NCBI GenBank assembly: GCA_003693705.1
Contig: RBZT01000673.1
Span: 62,001-126,000 of the forward strand
Length of the DNA stretch: 64,000 nt
Direction of reading: 5' to 3'
From: Polymyxa betae A26-41
Taxonomy: Eukaryota > Protista > Endomyxa: Phytomyxea
Part shown: in pieces, positions 22,420-36,428 of the stretch
Layout: each line of letters starts with the position of its first letter
Position numbering within the stretch: the stretch's first letter is position 1
Position numbers and translations under genes: made by a program
Notes under the pieces: model-generated
Told to the model about the DNA's origin: nothing
The model's database searches: none
The model's input: the letters and a program-made list of their open reading frames with translations, nothing else

Positions 22420-23917
22420 TTATCCGACCGAGATGCCCATGCCGAACTTGTATTGCTGTTGGAAATGGTCAATCTCGCCGTTAACACTGAACCTCATAAC
22501 AGGGGTGATGGCCTCATCCAATGCAGCCGACACTATCCCGTTGGAATCGATAGCGCCACGAAATTGACTCTGACGAAGGGACCATTTGTACCCGACCTAA
22601 CGACGGCACATCAGTACTCGTCAAACGTGATGCTTTAGAGATATGAACCAACATAACCGCATCAAAAGCAATATAAGTAAAAGATACGTGCAAATTGGAA
22701 ATTACGGGACCTTGGCCGTAGATTCCCTGTTATTGGGGTCGAATTTGAATTCAGACGCCAGCGTCAATCTAGGCGAGACCCGGCGAGCATATGAAAGCTG
22801 GGTGGTGCCCTGATCCAGAACAGATACGGTGAAGTTATCACCGGAAACTTTCGAATCATAGCGGCCGACGAATCGGCTGTGAGCGGTCAATTCATTTGCT
22901 TGTAACAGACATTCGACACCTGAGACAGAATTAGCGCACGAAGAAGGTGGAAATGGAATTGAATAAACAATAGCATGTTCCTAACCCGTAGAGATCGTTG
23001 GAGTTACGCTCTGTAGATATGAACCAACAACGATACCATCATGGCTGAGTTTCAGATTGACGCTATAGTCACCGCCGAGATAATCGACCTGCGATCGCTT
23101 AGCCAATCATCATAGTTCGGCGGGAACAAGGTTCGTTGACCTCTCCCATGGTCATATTCAGCTGACTCTTCTGAGCTGGGGCGATTGCGAACTGCACCTT
23201 AGAGAGCAGCTGTGGCGTCCACTGATGGTGATAGCGCCCTGACTGTAGCATCAGCGAAAGCCAGAGAGCATTAACAATAACAATAAATTGCAGCTGACCG
23301 TTTAAGATCCCGTTCGTATCAAGCTGGGACATCAGCGTAACATTCCCAAGCTGCAACTGTGTAGCGAATTCATACGAGGACCCGCCCTATGAAAGTAAAG
23401 TTGGAAAGACGGTGGGGAAGCACGACCATGCACCGACCTGCAAATGCGATGGACCTAACCAGAGCAGATGCGAATAGGTCATGCTCTTCTCGGCTGTGTG
23501 TACAATTGGCTTGTGATATTCAACTCGAAATCCATCATAAGTTGGGACTTGTAGGACATCCGTTGCTTCGCTAAACCAAAGCGTCAGACTAATGCCAATC
23601 TTGAGGCGATTCATTCACCGATTGATATCATCCATTCGCCCTGGAGAAGGCAGCGGCGTCGTTGACTGGCTCAGAACATGCTTGCGAGCACGCTTAGCTC
23701 GTTCTAAAGCAGCTTCTTCAAACGCCTGTTGCCCAAGATCTTCATTCGACTGCGCCGGTTTATCATTACTATCACTACTACTATTACAGAACTCAGCAAG
23801 GGCGAACTACGCGTAAAACAGATAATACGGGATCGACCGCTCCGGTACCTGAGCCGGTTTGGGCAAAGGCGGCGTTGACGAGAACAACGACTTGACTGAA
23901 TCGAGAATGTTGTCCAT
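22420..23917 (-). CDS. TOM40: Mitochondrial import channel Tom40, multi-exon
   Basis: PSPG, YDGFRVEY, DYLGGDYSVNLK, SYLQSVTPTISTGVE, FRGAIDSNGIVSAAL and a C-terminal beta-signal KFGMGISVG-TAA. Confidence 0.92.
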
Positions 23918-25377
23918 GAGGAGACGAGATGGACGTAATGATTACAGAGAGAGGGTAGAGCCCCGAGGCGGAGCCACCCTGGCTCGGCCACCAGCACACA
24001 TCTACTGCGCTAATATAGACAAGAGATGATTTAGACCCGATAGAATCCAATCCAGTCGATATTGGCAAATAGATGTCATGGCATCAAGGTGCGTCTTAGT
24101 GCATTTTATATAGCTCCATCTTGGAGGAGAACTCATAAGGTCGTGTGCTGTTCTAATGCGTAACCAGACCATTTCCTCGAGAGATGGTTCTCTGATGTAG
24201 TTTAGATATATGCTCAGATACCTTCTAATACCAAAGGCTCGTATGTTTTATTGTCGTTAAGTGGGTCTCTCATTGGAGAGACTAGTCTGGTAGCGGATTA
24301 GGAGGCGTCAGCTACGTTAGGATATGCTGCAGTGCTCTAATATGACGGCATGTAGGCGAACCATGGCATTTGGAAGCTTTTAAAGCATTAACATAACTGA
24401 GGTGTGATGCCCTATGACGCTTTGCCTCATTATCGGCGTCAATGACATCCTGACTGCATGGTGTTAGCAACATATGATGTCCTCTGATTCATGAGAGGCA
24501 AGGCTGACTCGTAATAGACATCTCTCACAGCTGCAGCTGTACACATGCCCCATGATACATCAGCAACCCGCATGGCTTTAGACTGCATTACGTATTCATC
24601 CTCAATTCTGAAGTCGCTGATGATCATGCTGTTCACGTTCAGCGGTGAGACCTGATCATGTCTGACAGGAAGGCATCCGAGTGTATTATAGCTCTGTAGC
24701 ACAATCTCTCTAAAGATACACTTAGACCTAGATCCAATAAGACCATTCATTGGCTCTCAACTGGGTTGTTTGCAGGAAAGTAACCTCGCAGGCGCAGGAT
24801 TAAGTGTCACTCCGCTTTCAATGAAATCTCAGCAGAATTCGACACCGGTGTGAATCTCGTTAGTAGATGGATCGACAAATTAGATCCAATCCAGACAGCA
24901 ATGGGCAAAAATTCTGGCTCGATTACTGCAAGGTCCAGTTCAGCGTTAGATCAACTGGTTGCCTTCCTCATCTTAACAACAATGTCATCATTCCATCAAG
25001 AACCAGTAACTCTATCCGACTCTGTCTGCAGAGACGAGCAACCGCTGGGTATTGGCAATACACTGTTTCTATCAGACTCCCAGCATTTGATTATCTTAGA
25101 TATGGTCAATTTGATAACTCAAATGTTGGCTAGCAGTGAGAAAGCAGTATCATGACTTACTTGTTATGAACCTGATACTCAAAATTATGTAATGTGTCTT
25201 TCGTCATACTAACAAATCAGCTCATCGTTTGTTTTAGTAGTAGGAAGAAGCAATACTAAGTGCATAGAAGAAACGAATGTGACGACTATTCTGGAACAGG
25301 AATCTGCAGATGTCATACTATCTGTATGGACAATTGTCACTAACGAGATTTATTGAATTTTGTTCTTAGAATGGCTC

Positions 25378-25899
25378 TCAAAAGTAGTGATCGTCATAAC
25401 CATTATTAGGACCATCGGAATCAATACCAACTTCGTGCCCTTGTCCGTCCATAGCTGGGTCATGAAGGCGATCAACCATATGTCCATGATCCAGCATAGA
25501 TCCGAAGTGATGATGAGCTGGGGCGTGATCTCCAGCAACATGATGGGTCTCAATTTGTTCGGCTTCAACATCATGTCGTTCTTCAGGCGTAACAATGTCT
25601 TCATGGAAGTTACGCTCATCAAGATCATCATCGGGAGTATGTTCATGATGATGGAGCTTCTGATGTTCCAGATGTGCCATCGCCCGTTCGTCATCGATAT
25701 GGTCGTACTGCTCATTATTATGGAGAACATTGCCATCAATGTCCGAATGGAATTCACGAGCAGAGCGATGAAATCCATCTACATCTCCATCATGATGATC
25801 ATGATCATGATCGTAATCATCATAATCACCCCAAGCACGGCATACAGGCCCAGCCAGAGCCAGTACGACCAGAAGTACGGTAGTTGCGTTTCGAATCAT
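25378..25899 (-). CDS. Secreted His/Asp-rich protein (173 aa)
   Basis: Signal peptide MIRNATTVLLVVLALAGPVCRA followed by a D/H-rich low-complexity mature region; AATAAA lies downstream. Confidence 0.8.
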   Translation of the reverse strand: MIRNATTVLLVVLALAGPVCRAWGDYDDYDHDHDHHDGDVDGFHRSAREFHSDIDGNVLHNNEQYDHIDDERAMAHLEHQKLHHHEHTPDDDLDERNFHEDIVTPEERHDVEAEQIETHHVAGDHAPAHHHFGSMLDHGHMVDRLHDPAMDGQGHEVGIDSDGPNNGYDDHYF

Positions 25900-26557
25900 G
25901 ATAGTATTGATACCTTTGGTGAGGTTGTAAAAGGGCTGTTTTCGATTGCGTAGTTCGAGTGAATTTACTTGAATGAGGCCATGATCGTGTAATCATGGCT
26001 AATGTAGTGTCGGGTGGTAGTTCATGCAATGACGTCATTCACTAGTCGGGACGTGATTCAATTCAAATCGATGCATGAACGGAATATGAATCATTGGGGA
26101 CGGGTTATATACATGGGCCAGGATGCCTATGGAAATTGGCCAAGGATCTGACCTCTCTATCTTCATGAAAATCATCGATCGGCCGCTCCTAATAGCCTTA
26201 TCACATTATCAATTCAATTCAATCGCGAGCCTTAACCGTACCTGTTCTCGTAAAAAAAATTAACTCATATTCAGTTCTATGAAGTTTCTGATTGATTACA
26301 TTATGGAAGATTTAGTGAGCGATATTATCAACGTATAATAGTGTACATACTCAACATGCAACCAAGATAACATTCATTCAGGGTAAGATCTGCATTAAAG
26401 TTCTCCGAGTGATCTTATTTTGCCAGTCATGAGTCAACAGGCAACGTGATTATATATCGATCGAGGGTCATGCAGGCCCACAAGCAATCCGCTTAATTAT
26501 TCAATTTAATCGAATTTAACTGATTGCGGGCCTGGCACCCGCTTTGGTCTGTCTGAA

Positions 26558-27778
26558 ATGACGAGGTTCATGTCCGGATTTAACGTTGGTGGAAATCCAA
26601 TATGGATGGTGGTAGTACTACCCCATATCATGGTCATGACAACATCAGCTATGGTCCCTATTGCAACGGATTGTCCACCTAACCAGGCATCTATTTATAC
26701 ACAGAATCAGCAGCAGCAGACAGCGCCAGATCAGAACCCGGGGGCGTACACGCCCATGGTCCAGCCGACGTACAACTACATGACAGTGCCGTCGTCACCC
26801 ACTTCACCATCGCAATCAGGATGGGGAGCACCACAGCCACAACCGATGATATCGATGATAATGACGCCTCCGCAGCCGCAGACACCAGCACCATTCCCAG
26901 GAGGTGAACCAATGATGGAGATAGGTAAACAGGTGCATCAATTCGTGCTCGAATCTGGAGCCCAGGGGACCAGTATGACGGTCGCCAATGGGATCGTAAT
27001 ACCAGGATCTGCTCAAGCTGGAACGAAATCCAGTATTGTAATGTTACCAAATTCGCTCCTTCCTCTTCCAACACGATCCACACCATCACCGACCACATCA
27101 TCACCCACGACATCACCAGTCCCATTAAAGACACCATCGGTTACCTCATCACCCCCGACATCACCGACTCCATCAAAGACCCCATTGCTTACCCCATCAC
27201 CCCCGACATTACCCATCAACAATGCCCAAAGTGAAACACCTTCGACCATTGGCCCAACAACATCACCAATCGAAAGAACTAGGACGATTCCATCATCGAG
27301 CTCATCTGTGCTGAATAATACCAACACATCACTGGTTAATACCAGCAATGGATCAATAGTAGCTACACAGCCCGGGTCATCTGCTACCAATGCGACCGTA
27401 TTTCAATTGGCTGGTTGGCTCATGAACGGGTCCAGTACGGCAGCGAATACGACCAATACGACAAGGACTGTGTCCCAGCAGGTGGCCTGGCTTATGGATC
27501 AGGCGGATACGGTGACAGCATTGCCAACACCGAACCGGACTGTCTCCGATCTAATTCAATGGCTGGAATCATCTGATCGTAATCAAACTGTATCAGAATT
27601 AGTTCATTCGCTGATGGAATCAGATAATCGATCTGATACAGATCAGACGAATACTTCTATGACCACAACACCATCAGCTACACCTTCATCATCGTCCTAT
27701 AAACAACAAGAGAACAAAACGGATTCCTCAACACCGAAAGGCACTATTATGGATCTACTTCGATCATTGAAGATCTGA
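26558..27778 (+). CDS. Secreted/surface Thr-Ser-Pro-rich mucin-like protein (406 aa)
   Basis: Long intronless ORF with a hydrophobic N-terminus, SPPTSP repeats and many NxT/S sequons. Confidence 0.75.
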   Translation: MTRFMSGFNVGGNPIWMVVVLPHIMVMTTSAMVPIATDCPPNQASIYTQNQQQQTAPDQNPGAYTPMVQPTYNYMTVPSSPTSPSQSGWGAPQPQPMISMIMTPPQPQTPAPFPGGEPMMEIGKQVHQFVLESGAQGTSMTVANGIVIPGSAQAGTKSSIVMLPNSLLPLPTRSTPSPTTSSPTTSPVPLKTPSVTSSPPTSPTPSKTPLLTPSPPTLPINNAQSETPSTIGPTTSPIERTRTIPSSSSSVLNNTNTSLVNTSNGSIVATQPGSSATNATVFQLAGWLMNGSSTAANTTNTTRTVSQQVAWLMDQADTVTALPTPNRTVSDLIQWLESSDRNQTVSELVHSLMESDNRSDTDQTNTSMTTTPSATPSSSSYKQQENKTDSSTPKGTIMDLLRSLKI

Positions 27779-27815
27779 ACGAAATAACATAAAATATAAG
27801 TTATAACTTCATTAT

Positions 27816-30800
27816 TTACGTGAATATAGTGATAGCGGATCGTTGTAGAATTGGTGTTAATATACGGATTAGGACTGGATTATTATCGACTATCTGAACA
27901 CCATCAATATCGAATATACGTTGTATATCAGTAGCCATTTCTATAGACATCTCTATATCAGGTATTGGATCGGCTGTCATATCATGAAATGCCTCATGAA
28001 TCAATCCTATGATCTCTGCAAACATCTGTACAATAAAACATCAGTATATAGGTACACATCAATTTATAACAATACAGAATCAGGTTGTACCTGTACGGAT
28101 TGTGGGCGACGTTCAGCCAGAGTCAGACGACATGCGCCGGCCTGGCGATAGAGGCGGGCCAATACGGCGCAGTTGGCCCGAGCGAGACCTACCACGGAGC
28201 CGGATACAAATCGGACTTGAACCTGGGTTGTGGAAGTTGTTGATCGTTCCCATGCCATAATCGCAGCTGTGCCAGATACTGGGGTACGTAACGTATCCAG
28301 TTCCAGTTTACTGATACAGCATGTATTACGATACACTGGGACATGATCACGTAGAAATCCGTGTAGTATCTGCATATAGCGGCATCTCTGCTGATTGGAA
28401 CGATGTTCATATTCCTGATCGTTACGTAATGCAACTAATAACTGAATTATATCAAGAGTTGATATCTAGATGGGGTTTAAGGGTTTAAGGGGTTGACGCA
28501 CTGACAGGCAAACATACTTTGGGGAGCTCTTTCTTAACGGCTTCGATTATAGCCGATGTATCAGCTGAGTTCGATACCGGCAGCAGTTGTGTGCGGGCCT
28601 GTACGGCGAACGCCATTGATAGATCACGTAAATCTCGTTGTATGTTCGGATCTAGTTTATCAACGGGAGCTGATGTGGCACCAATCTATTGATCCCAGTA
28701 TTTGGGTCAGCACAGTGGCATCATGGCAGGGACCAGTACGCCCATCCGTACCTCGAGCATATTCCTCTGTAGACGACGTGCACAATCGGTAACATTGGCG
28801 GCCACCGTAAGACACTGTGCGATCATATTCGGATCTGTGAGCTGCTTGGATAAAGCCAACAGAACCCGACGTAGAATTCTGTGTTCAGTGGGTGTTAGAA
28901 ACCCTAGAACCCTAAACCCGGAGATGTACTGTACTTACCTAGGTGGATGTCCACATCCGGTGATGATCTGATTGATACATGATACGGCTATCTCCGTACT
29001 GATCATACATCCTGATACTATCTGTCTATACGTGACCTATGAGGGCCAGTATGGGTGAATAGAAGATAACGATACATATCTATAGGGACATACGAGCGTT
29101 TCCAAATGTATATCTGTATATGGTAACATAGTCATATAATGAGCAGCATCTGAGGCTGCTGTCTTGGCATGATCCAGATCCATAACAAGTTCATAGGCAG
29201 AGGATAATGAAACATAAATTCGGATCAGAGTCCGGAGACATGGTAGATAACGATTCATTGGTAACATCATACATCCATATGCCCGTGTCTGATCCAGATA
29301 CATCTTCAGTAATGTTTCCAGACGCTGTACTGCCTCAGTAGCATCATCCGGACCTGGATCAATGCAGTTTGTCAATATCACAAATCACGGTTTTAGGGTT
29401 TATCTTCTCACTTTGTCGTTGTAGCAGGAGTGTAACATATGATAGAACTGCATCTATTGATTCAGGTAGGAGCTGCTGATCCTCATCCTGGCTCTGTTCG
29501 ATTACAGTTCGATATCGTTCTAGGATGTGGTCCAATGCGACGCCTGCGACGAGATCCGCCTGAATGAGAGCGATCTGTGCACGACGTTGTAGACGTCGAT
29601 CATGTGCATCAATGGCATGATGTTCAAGTACATGTGCTACATGACGTATAGTATCAGTAGGATAATTAATAGCACTGGATTGCATTGCTTGAAGTTGTAA
29701 CGTAATAGTCTCTGACCAACATGTTACATCATGACTGTTAGTAGTAGATCGTAATATATCATCACATTGTTGTATACATTCGGATATAGAGCCACGTTCC
29801 AGATGCAGATACGCTACATCTGTAACATAAGTCAGTGCATATCTTCCAAGAGTATTGTGATAAACATAGAGAATGGCATAGAATTATTTGAGTTAAGTAT
29901 GACCTGTTGGGAACTTTTCAATAAGTTTCTTAGCTGTATCATAGCATTCAAATCGTCCAAGTGATATAAAATATATAAGTAGAAGTCCATATGCATGACG
30001 TACACAATCAGGTATAGATGTAGATATCTCCTCCTTACATAGATATCTAATACATTCTTCGTTACCACTGAAAGGGACATCATTACGCCATGCTGGCCCA
30101 TCACTAGTCACTGATGATGGTGTTGTCCAGGGTATATTACGAGATCGTATAAGTCGATATACTAATGATACAGCTTCAGATATATACCCTAATGATATAC
30201 ACACCTTCGCCTATATTTACATTAAAAATTAGGGTTCAATACAAAATTATAGATTGACTTCATATTTGAAGGTGAACTTAAGAGCAAATCAATACTGATA
30301 AACTGGCAGAAAATGTGATGTGAGAATATAGCGGAGACCTTTAGAGCGAGTGCCTCAATAGTAACAGTAGGATCAGTTCGGGCTACATCTAGGACAATGG
30401 TGATGGGGGCCAGTGCGTCCAGGGGCCGATCATCATGGAGTGCGTGGCGGGCAGCGAACATGAACGTCTCTGTCAAGTCCGCATATCGGATTCGATCTGG
30501 TTGCTGGGCTAGGTCCAGGGCTGGTACGACCTATGCGGAGATATGAGACATGGTTGTATGGATGGGGTGCTGTTGCACGAGCTCACCGGTTCTGGTCTAT
30601 TATACGTTGATACGAGACGAATACGTTCGGACGGATGTCTCTTGGTCATGGCCAGTACGGCCCATGCTAATCCTGAACATATCTACAGTATATGATATAA
30701 GGTATATAGGGAATGACAGTGAGGATATCACTCTGTATGTGATATACATACCCGGGCTGAATTACGTTTTATGGCAACATGCGGAGATCTATGTCCTAAT

Positions 30801-33800
30801 CGGTACTGGCCCACAGCACCATATATACAGTTCCAGAATCCAATACGATGTAGTAAGTCGTTACGATCGCCAAGATCTGATACAGTATTCACAGAGAGGC
30901 AATCAACCAGAGTAGTCCTGAATCGGTGTCAGGGGGTAGGGTTTAGGGTTTCAATGAGGTCAACTCACCAAGTACGACGTGCATCGTCATAAAGTTGGTA
31001 ATGTTGTTGAATATCACCAAGATCTAATAAAGCTCTTGATAAAAGAATCGTCTCCTGTTTAGAACGTGCTATCTTGATTACTTTGTGATATGCAGACAAT
31101 ACAGATGTAGGATCATCTTCATTATTATCAATAGCATGAATAAATGATTGTCTAGCTTGATCTAATTTACGAGCAGATATTGGATAATCACGTCGTATAT
31201 CATCATGTAGTATATCTAGATCATTTCGTACTTGTTCATTATGTTTCAATTCTGTTAACGTTGCAGCTTCATGTTCTACCAACTCTTTACGTTTCGTCTC
31301 ATAAACTGCTACAGCAGCCGCTAATCTATTAAATCCAGTTAATATTGTGAGCATTGATGAAAAGTATTTCCTTACCTATCATCCTCTTCCTGTTTACTTA
31401 GACGACTTCGTTTCTGTGCACGGCGTCGTGCACTATCAGCACGAGTTGTCGCCATATCTACATCAAGATTAGCCAGACATTGCAGATCGGCGTCATGCCG
31501 GCCCCGGGCCTCGTTGAGCAGCTGATGTTGCGCAAATCGAACATAATGAAGATGGCGTACAGCCCAGTTGGCCTGGGTCAACGTATCCCAGCGCTGTCCT
31601 AATCGGACTAGATCAGACCATTGACGTGCTCGGAATAGGACCCATAGGGTCGGAGCCAGTACGGCTCCATAGATGAGATCCAGATCTAGGTGAGAGATTG
31701 CCATAAACCAGAGTGATGTACGCCATTCGGGCTGTGATACAAGATCATGGGCAGTCGAGTAGCGTAGACCCCAGGCCAGGTCCAGGGCCGGGGCCTGTAG
31801 CACCTCCAGCCCGCCCGGGGCCCGGTCGTGCTGGTCCTGACCCTGACCCTGATCACGTATAGATTGGATCATATCGAGACAGAGAGTAGCAATCGCTGAT
31901 AATACACCATGTATGGGTAGGAATTGGTCGCTGGTGGGAGTCGTACTGCCCCAGCAGACGTTACGAATGAGACGTAACGCCATCTGTAACAGATGCCAAT
32001 GATGAGCATTATATGCTAACTGAATAGTAGATTGTATGTTAGACCAGAACTGGGAATGAATTGGTACTGCTGCTGCTGCTGCTGCTGCTGCTGATATTAT
32101 AGTAGGTGATGGTAATGATAGATCTGTTATATCCAGATATCTATATAGATACCAATACCATCCTAATGATATATCTGATGATGTATCCATATTCGTCATA
32201 TTCTTCCTCCATATACATATACATTCAACTAATTGACTTAGTGCTGATATACCTGTAGATCCTGTCCCTATATCCTTACGTACATATTGTATAGCAACAT
32301 CATATGCAGATAAATTAGTAGCCTGTAGAGATAAGACAGCTCGTGTCTCTGGACTTAATTCATCCAGCATATTGATCAGATCAGGATCTAGTACAGATAC
32401 ATTTGCTAATCCGGATATATTACGTAGCTCTAAAGATGATGAACGTGATAAGATTGCACGGAATGCATGTAGTTCTATACAATCGGTGATACACAATAAT
32501 TGATCTACATCTGATCTAGACAGTAATGGTGCAGATATCGTACTTAGATTATCGGACATGCGGATCAGTACGGCCGCCATACGCAAGGCCACAATTGCAA
32601 TTGGCTTGGGCCACGCTGCAGGTTTATCAATCTGCAAATGAATGCTGAGATTGAAATATTACAGGGTAGATCTTATATAGGACATACATGAAATAATGCT
32701 TGTAGAGATGGAATGATGAATATATTAATAATATGATGATCTAATATAGGTGTAATACATGTATATAAACGTATTATACAATCATATACAAGATCACGAT
32801 TATGTATAGATACAGCAGTTAATACAGATAATTGGAACCAATGCGCACGACGTATTAAGAACCATTCGGAATCATGCAGACTTCGTATATGTGTACATGT
32901 TCTATGATAGGTTAAATACAAGAGTTTAGGGTTCTGTGGAGGCTCACTGACCTGGGTAATGATGCTGGTAGCTGTAATGTGTCTGATAGGATCTGATAAC
33001 AGATTGTAATTGCTTCTATAAATGATACTGGTGAGGTTATCATTTTGGATTTATCGAGTACAGTGAACTTGACTGCTCCATACTGGATCGGGAATGTTTG
33101 TGAGTTCGAATTCTGTAATAAATGATTATATGATACAATGAAATGACATTGTGTTTCGTATCATACAGGCTGTTGTATATATTGTACAGCACGACGTGCA
33201 GCACGATGTGCTAATGTTGGAAAATGATGACGATATGCGATATGTGATAGATAGGCCCAAATATATAATGAAGGTAATGATAGACATGTACGTATAATAC
33301 GAGATGTTCCTACCATCGATGATCTATGATGATGACACTCAGAATTCAATATGGAACATACGAAATATGGTTTTATAACAACAAATAGATAGAAAATGAT
33401 GGTATGAGATAAGCGATTAACAATAGGCAATGATTAACAGATATCAGATACATACTGTGGTGATGTCTTATATGCAAAGATATATTTGTGATTAGGATGA
33501 AGATGAGATATGATATATGGAGATGGATATGCTGATATATGATCTATATCAATACCAAGTCCAATATAATCTATATCATTAATACCAATATCAATATTAC
33601 TACCAGAACCTGGCTCTATACATTTCCCAAATACACGCCAGGCAGATTTCGGTAGCTGGAAGGCCACACGGGTCGTACTGACCCAGGACGGGATCAGACG
33701 TCCTTGTACCTCTCCATCGCCCTCAACTTTATCATCATCATCATCATCATCAGCTTGACGTAAGAGAGCTTCAGCTCGAGCTAATCGTGATTCAGCCTGA

Positions 33801-35981
33801 AGCATGATCAATGTAAACCCTAGAACCCTAACACTGTAGTGATAACTTCTAACCTGATCTGTAGATCGACTGATATCAGCAGCTTGTAACCAGAAGATTG
33901 CCTGTGCTCGTATGTTACTCTGTTGTTCAATCTGTAACGTCTTCATGCATGATGATACAGATTGTAATGTAATCTCTATACGATACAGTTGCATAAGTAG
34001 ATCAACATGAACACATGGGATATAGTCAGTAGATGTAACATCATTATGTTCAATAAGACGAGTCCGATATCCTGTTACTGATTGTAACGCTCGTATCAAT
34101 ATATCCCTCATTGTAGATGATGGTGGTACAGACCGGGCCTGTACGGCATGTGAGTTCAGCAGGCAGTAATAAGGTCATGTTGACGTTACTAGTTCGAGGA
34201 CATAACGCAGGGCTGAGGTGGGATCATAAGTTGTAGCACACAACCACAGATCAGCGATCTGTAACAGCAGATTGGTATCATGTGTAACAGCATCGTTATG
34301 AGCAAGACGTGACTTAAGAAGGCGATCATACAGGGTGATGATGAGATCCTCTACTACAGTACCATATGATGATATCCATATAGCAGTATTTCCTAATAGA
34401 CTGCATATACATGATTGTAACTATACATAACATGTCAATATCAGGCAGTACAAATACTCACATTCTGTACATTATGTTTATCTAGATCATTGACTAGATC
34501 TGTATGTGATAGTAATGCAGTTAGTCTAATAATATGTAATACAGTATGTAATTCAGTAGACGATATTGATGATGGATCAGATAGATCTCCACATATAATA
34601 TTACTGATCTCACATGCAATATTATATTGACCATATTGTAATAATAACTGTAATAGTCGGAGGATATCATCATGCAGGTCACCTTCCTTCGTCACTGAGG
34701 GTAATCTGTTAGCGAATCTGTGACCAGGTAACGTAGTGATATGTTACAATTGAGTTGAGTGGTGCCTGGTGTCATGATGGATCTGATCTATCATAATATT
34801 CAGGGATAATAACATGGATGAGATTGTATGATATTACTATATTTGGTGACATCTGTAATGATTTAATCATTTGTTCATGATATGGTCGGGATGAACTTAA
34901 GGGTAACGTGATCGTTGATAGGAAAACAGTGAGACGATCACTGAGTGAAGTACGTTGTAGTATGTCATCGATATTGATATTGCCAGATGCAAATTTCACA
35001 CGTTGTTTGATATTTGATATTGATAGATGAGCTGCATCTAGTACAGATATATGACAAGTATTGCCTGATCCTTGTAATTCACTAATCTAACAATATCCCA
35101 CTTTAACGAATGATATTAGAACGAATTGGGTCTGCGACCTTCTGACCAGCACGATCCAGGATCGAATTAGCCATCGAGTCGGCCCCATTCTGCAGAGCGA
35201 TCCGAACGATCAGGTCGTACAGGCCGATATACAGGCGACAGGCCGGCGCTGATTGCAGAGCCAGGCCGCGTTCCAGGACCAGTACGGTCCAGTTGAGAAA
35301 GGGGAGCGCATCTGGACCTCGTCCAGCTTCCGTTAGCCACGAACATGCTGTATATAAGAGTACGCAGCCGTTATAGATGAGCCAACATACAGATGGATCT
35401 TGGAATATATTGGCGATTTCGACCTGATCCAAACATGATAAGAGAATAGACAGATGAGTTGGAATAATGAATAGAACACCTGAATTGTCTTTATCATGTT
35501 AAGGATAGTGTTAATTGAATCTGAGAAACATAGACGTGTATCATGTCTAATTACAGATTGCATCATACAATAGACATAACCAAATCTAGCTTGTGCTCTT
35601 AATGATAAATTATCAATAGATGTCTGCTTTTGATTTTCTATCTGATCCAGCTCTTTTATAATTGGAATATAACAAGATTGACATGCTAAATCCACCTATT
35701 AATTGTAATGTTACATGATATTGTGACATATTCAGTATTGGTGATACATTTTTAAGTTTAGATATGATCAGATCAGCACACGCTAGACGAATACGACCGA
35801 TAATCAGGGTCGGGACAGTATGACCCAGATTATGAAATTCTGATCGAATCTGTGGAGCCAGATTTCTGATTCGATCGCTGCGGATAAAACGTTCCAGACG
35901 CCGGGCCAAATCATCCATTGTTCGCATCCCGACCGGATCCAGCTTGGCGCCCGATATGGCCGCCTGAATATCCAGCGCCAT
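27816..35981 (-). CDS. CFAP54: Cilia- and flagella-associated protein 54-like, large multi-exon gene
   Basis: CWLIYNGCVLLYTACSWL..G..DALPFLNW..LE resembles the CFAP54 N-terminal domain (CWIIFNGTIYIYTICRKL..ALEYLLW). A chain of minus-strand helical-repeat exons extends over 8 kb. Confidence 0.72.
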
Positions 35982-36428
35982 CTGGGCCGGTATGATAATC
36001 ACAATTGACTGACTGTCTGCTGAAAGCGAATTGCAAACATTTTAACGTTTTTCATGAAACAACCAAGCAAAATGTTTAAACAAATAAATTGGTGTAAGAT
36101 TAGATTTATTCTATGGACGAGTCTTGCCAAACCAAATCTTTGACGTCATTTGCTTTACAACATGCTTGATCCATAAAGCGAATCATCTTCAGGCACCAGC
36201 AGAAACAGCCCAGGAAAAATCTCAAAATTACACTTGTTGGATTGTTATTGAAGAGAGCGGCCAAAGCGACCTCACAAGCCTGCTTTAAATTTTGTAAAGT
36301 CTGATGCGGATGAACTTTGATTGCTAATCGTCGAAATTGAGTGGAGACATGAGAAATGACAGAGATAAAAAGTTGATAAGAACGAAAGAAACAAAAAACT
36401 GAGGTCTCACGTCTGAACGTTAAAGCTC

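Noticed and set aside
25350-25953. Met/Ile-rich ORFs overlapping the His-rich gene on both strands
   Set aside because: By-products of CAT/GAT-rich codons. The 25378-25899 frame has the clearest signal peptide and a coherent mature region.
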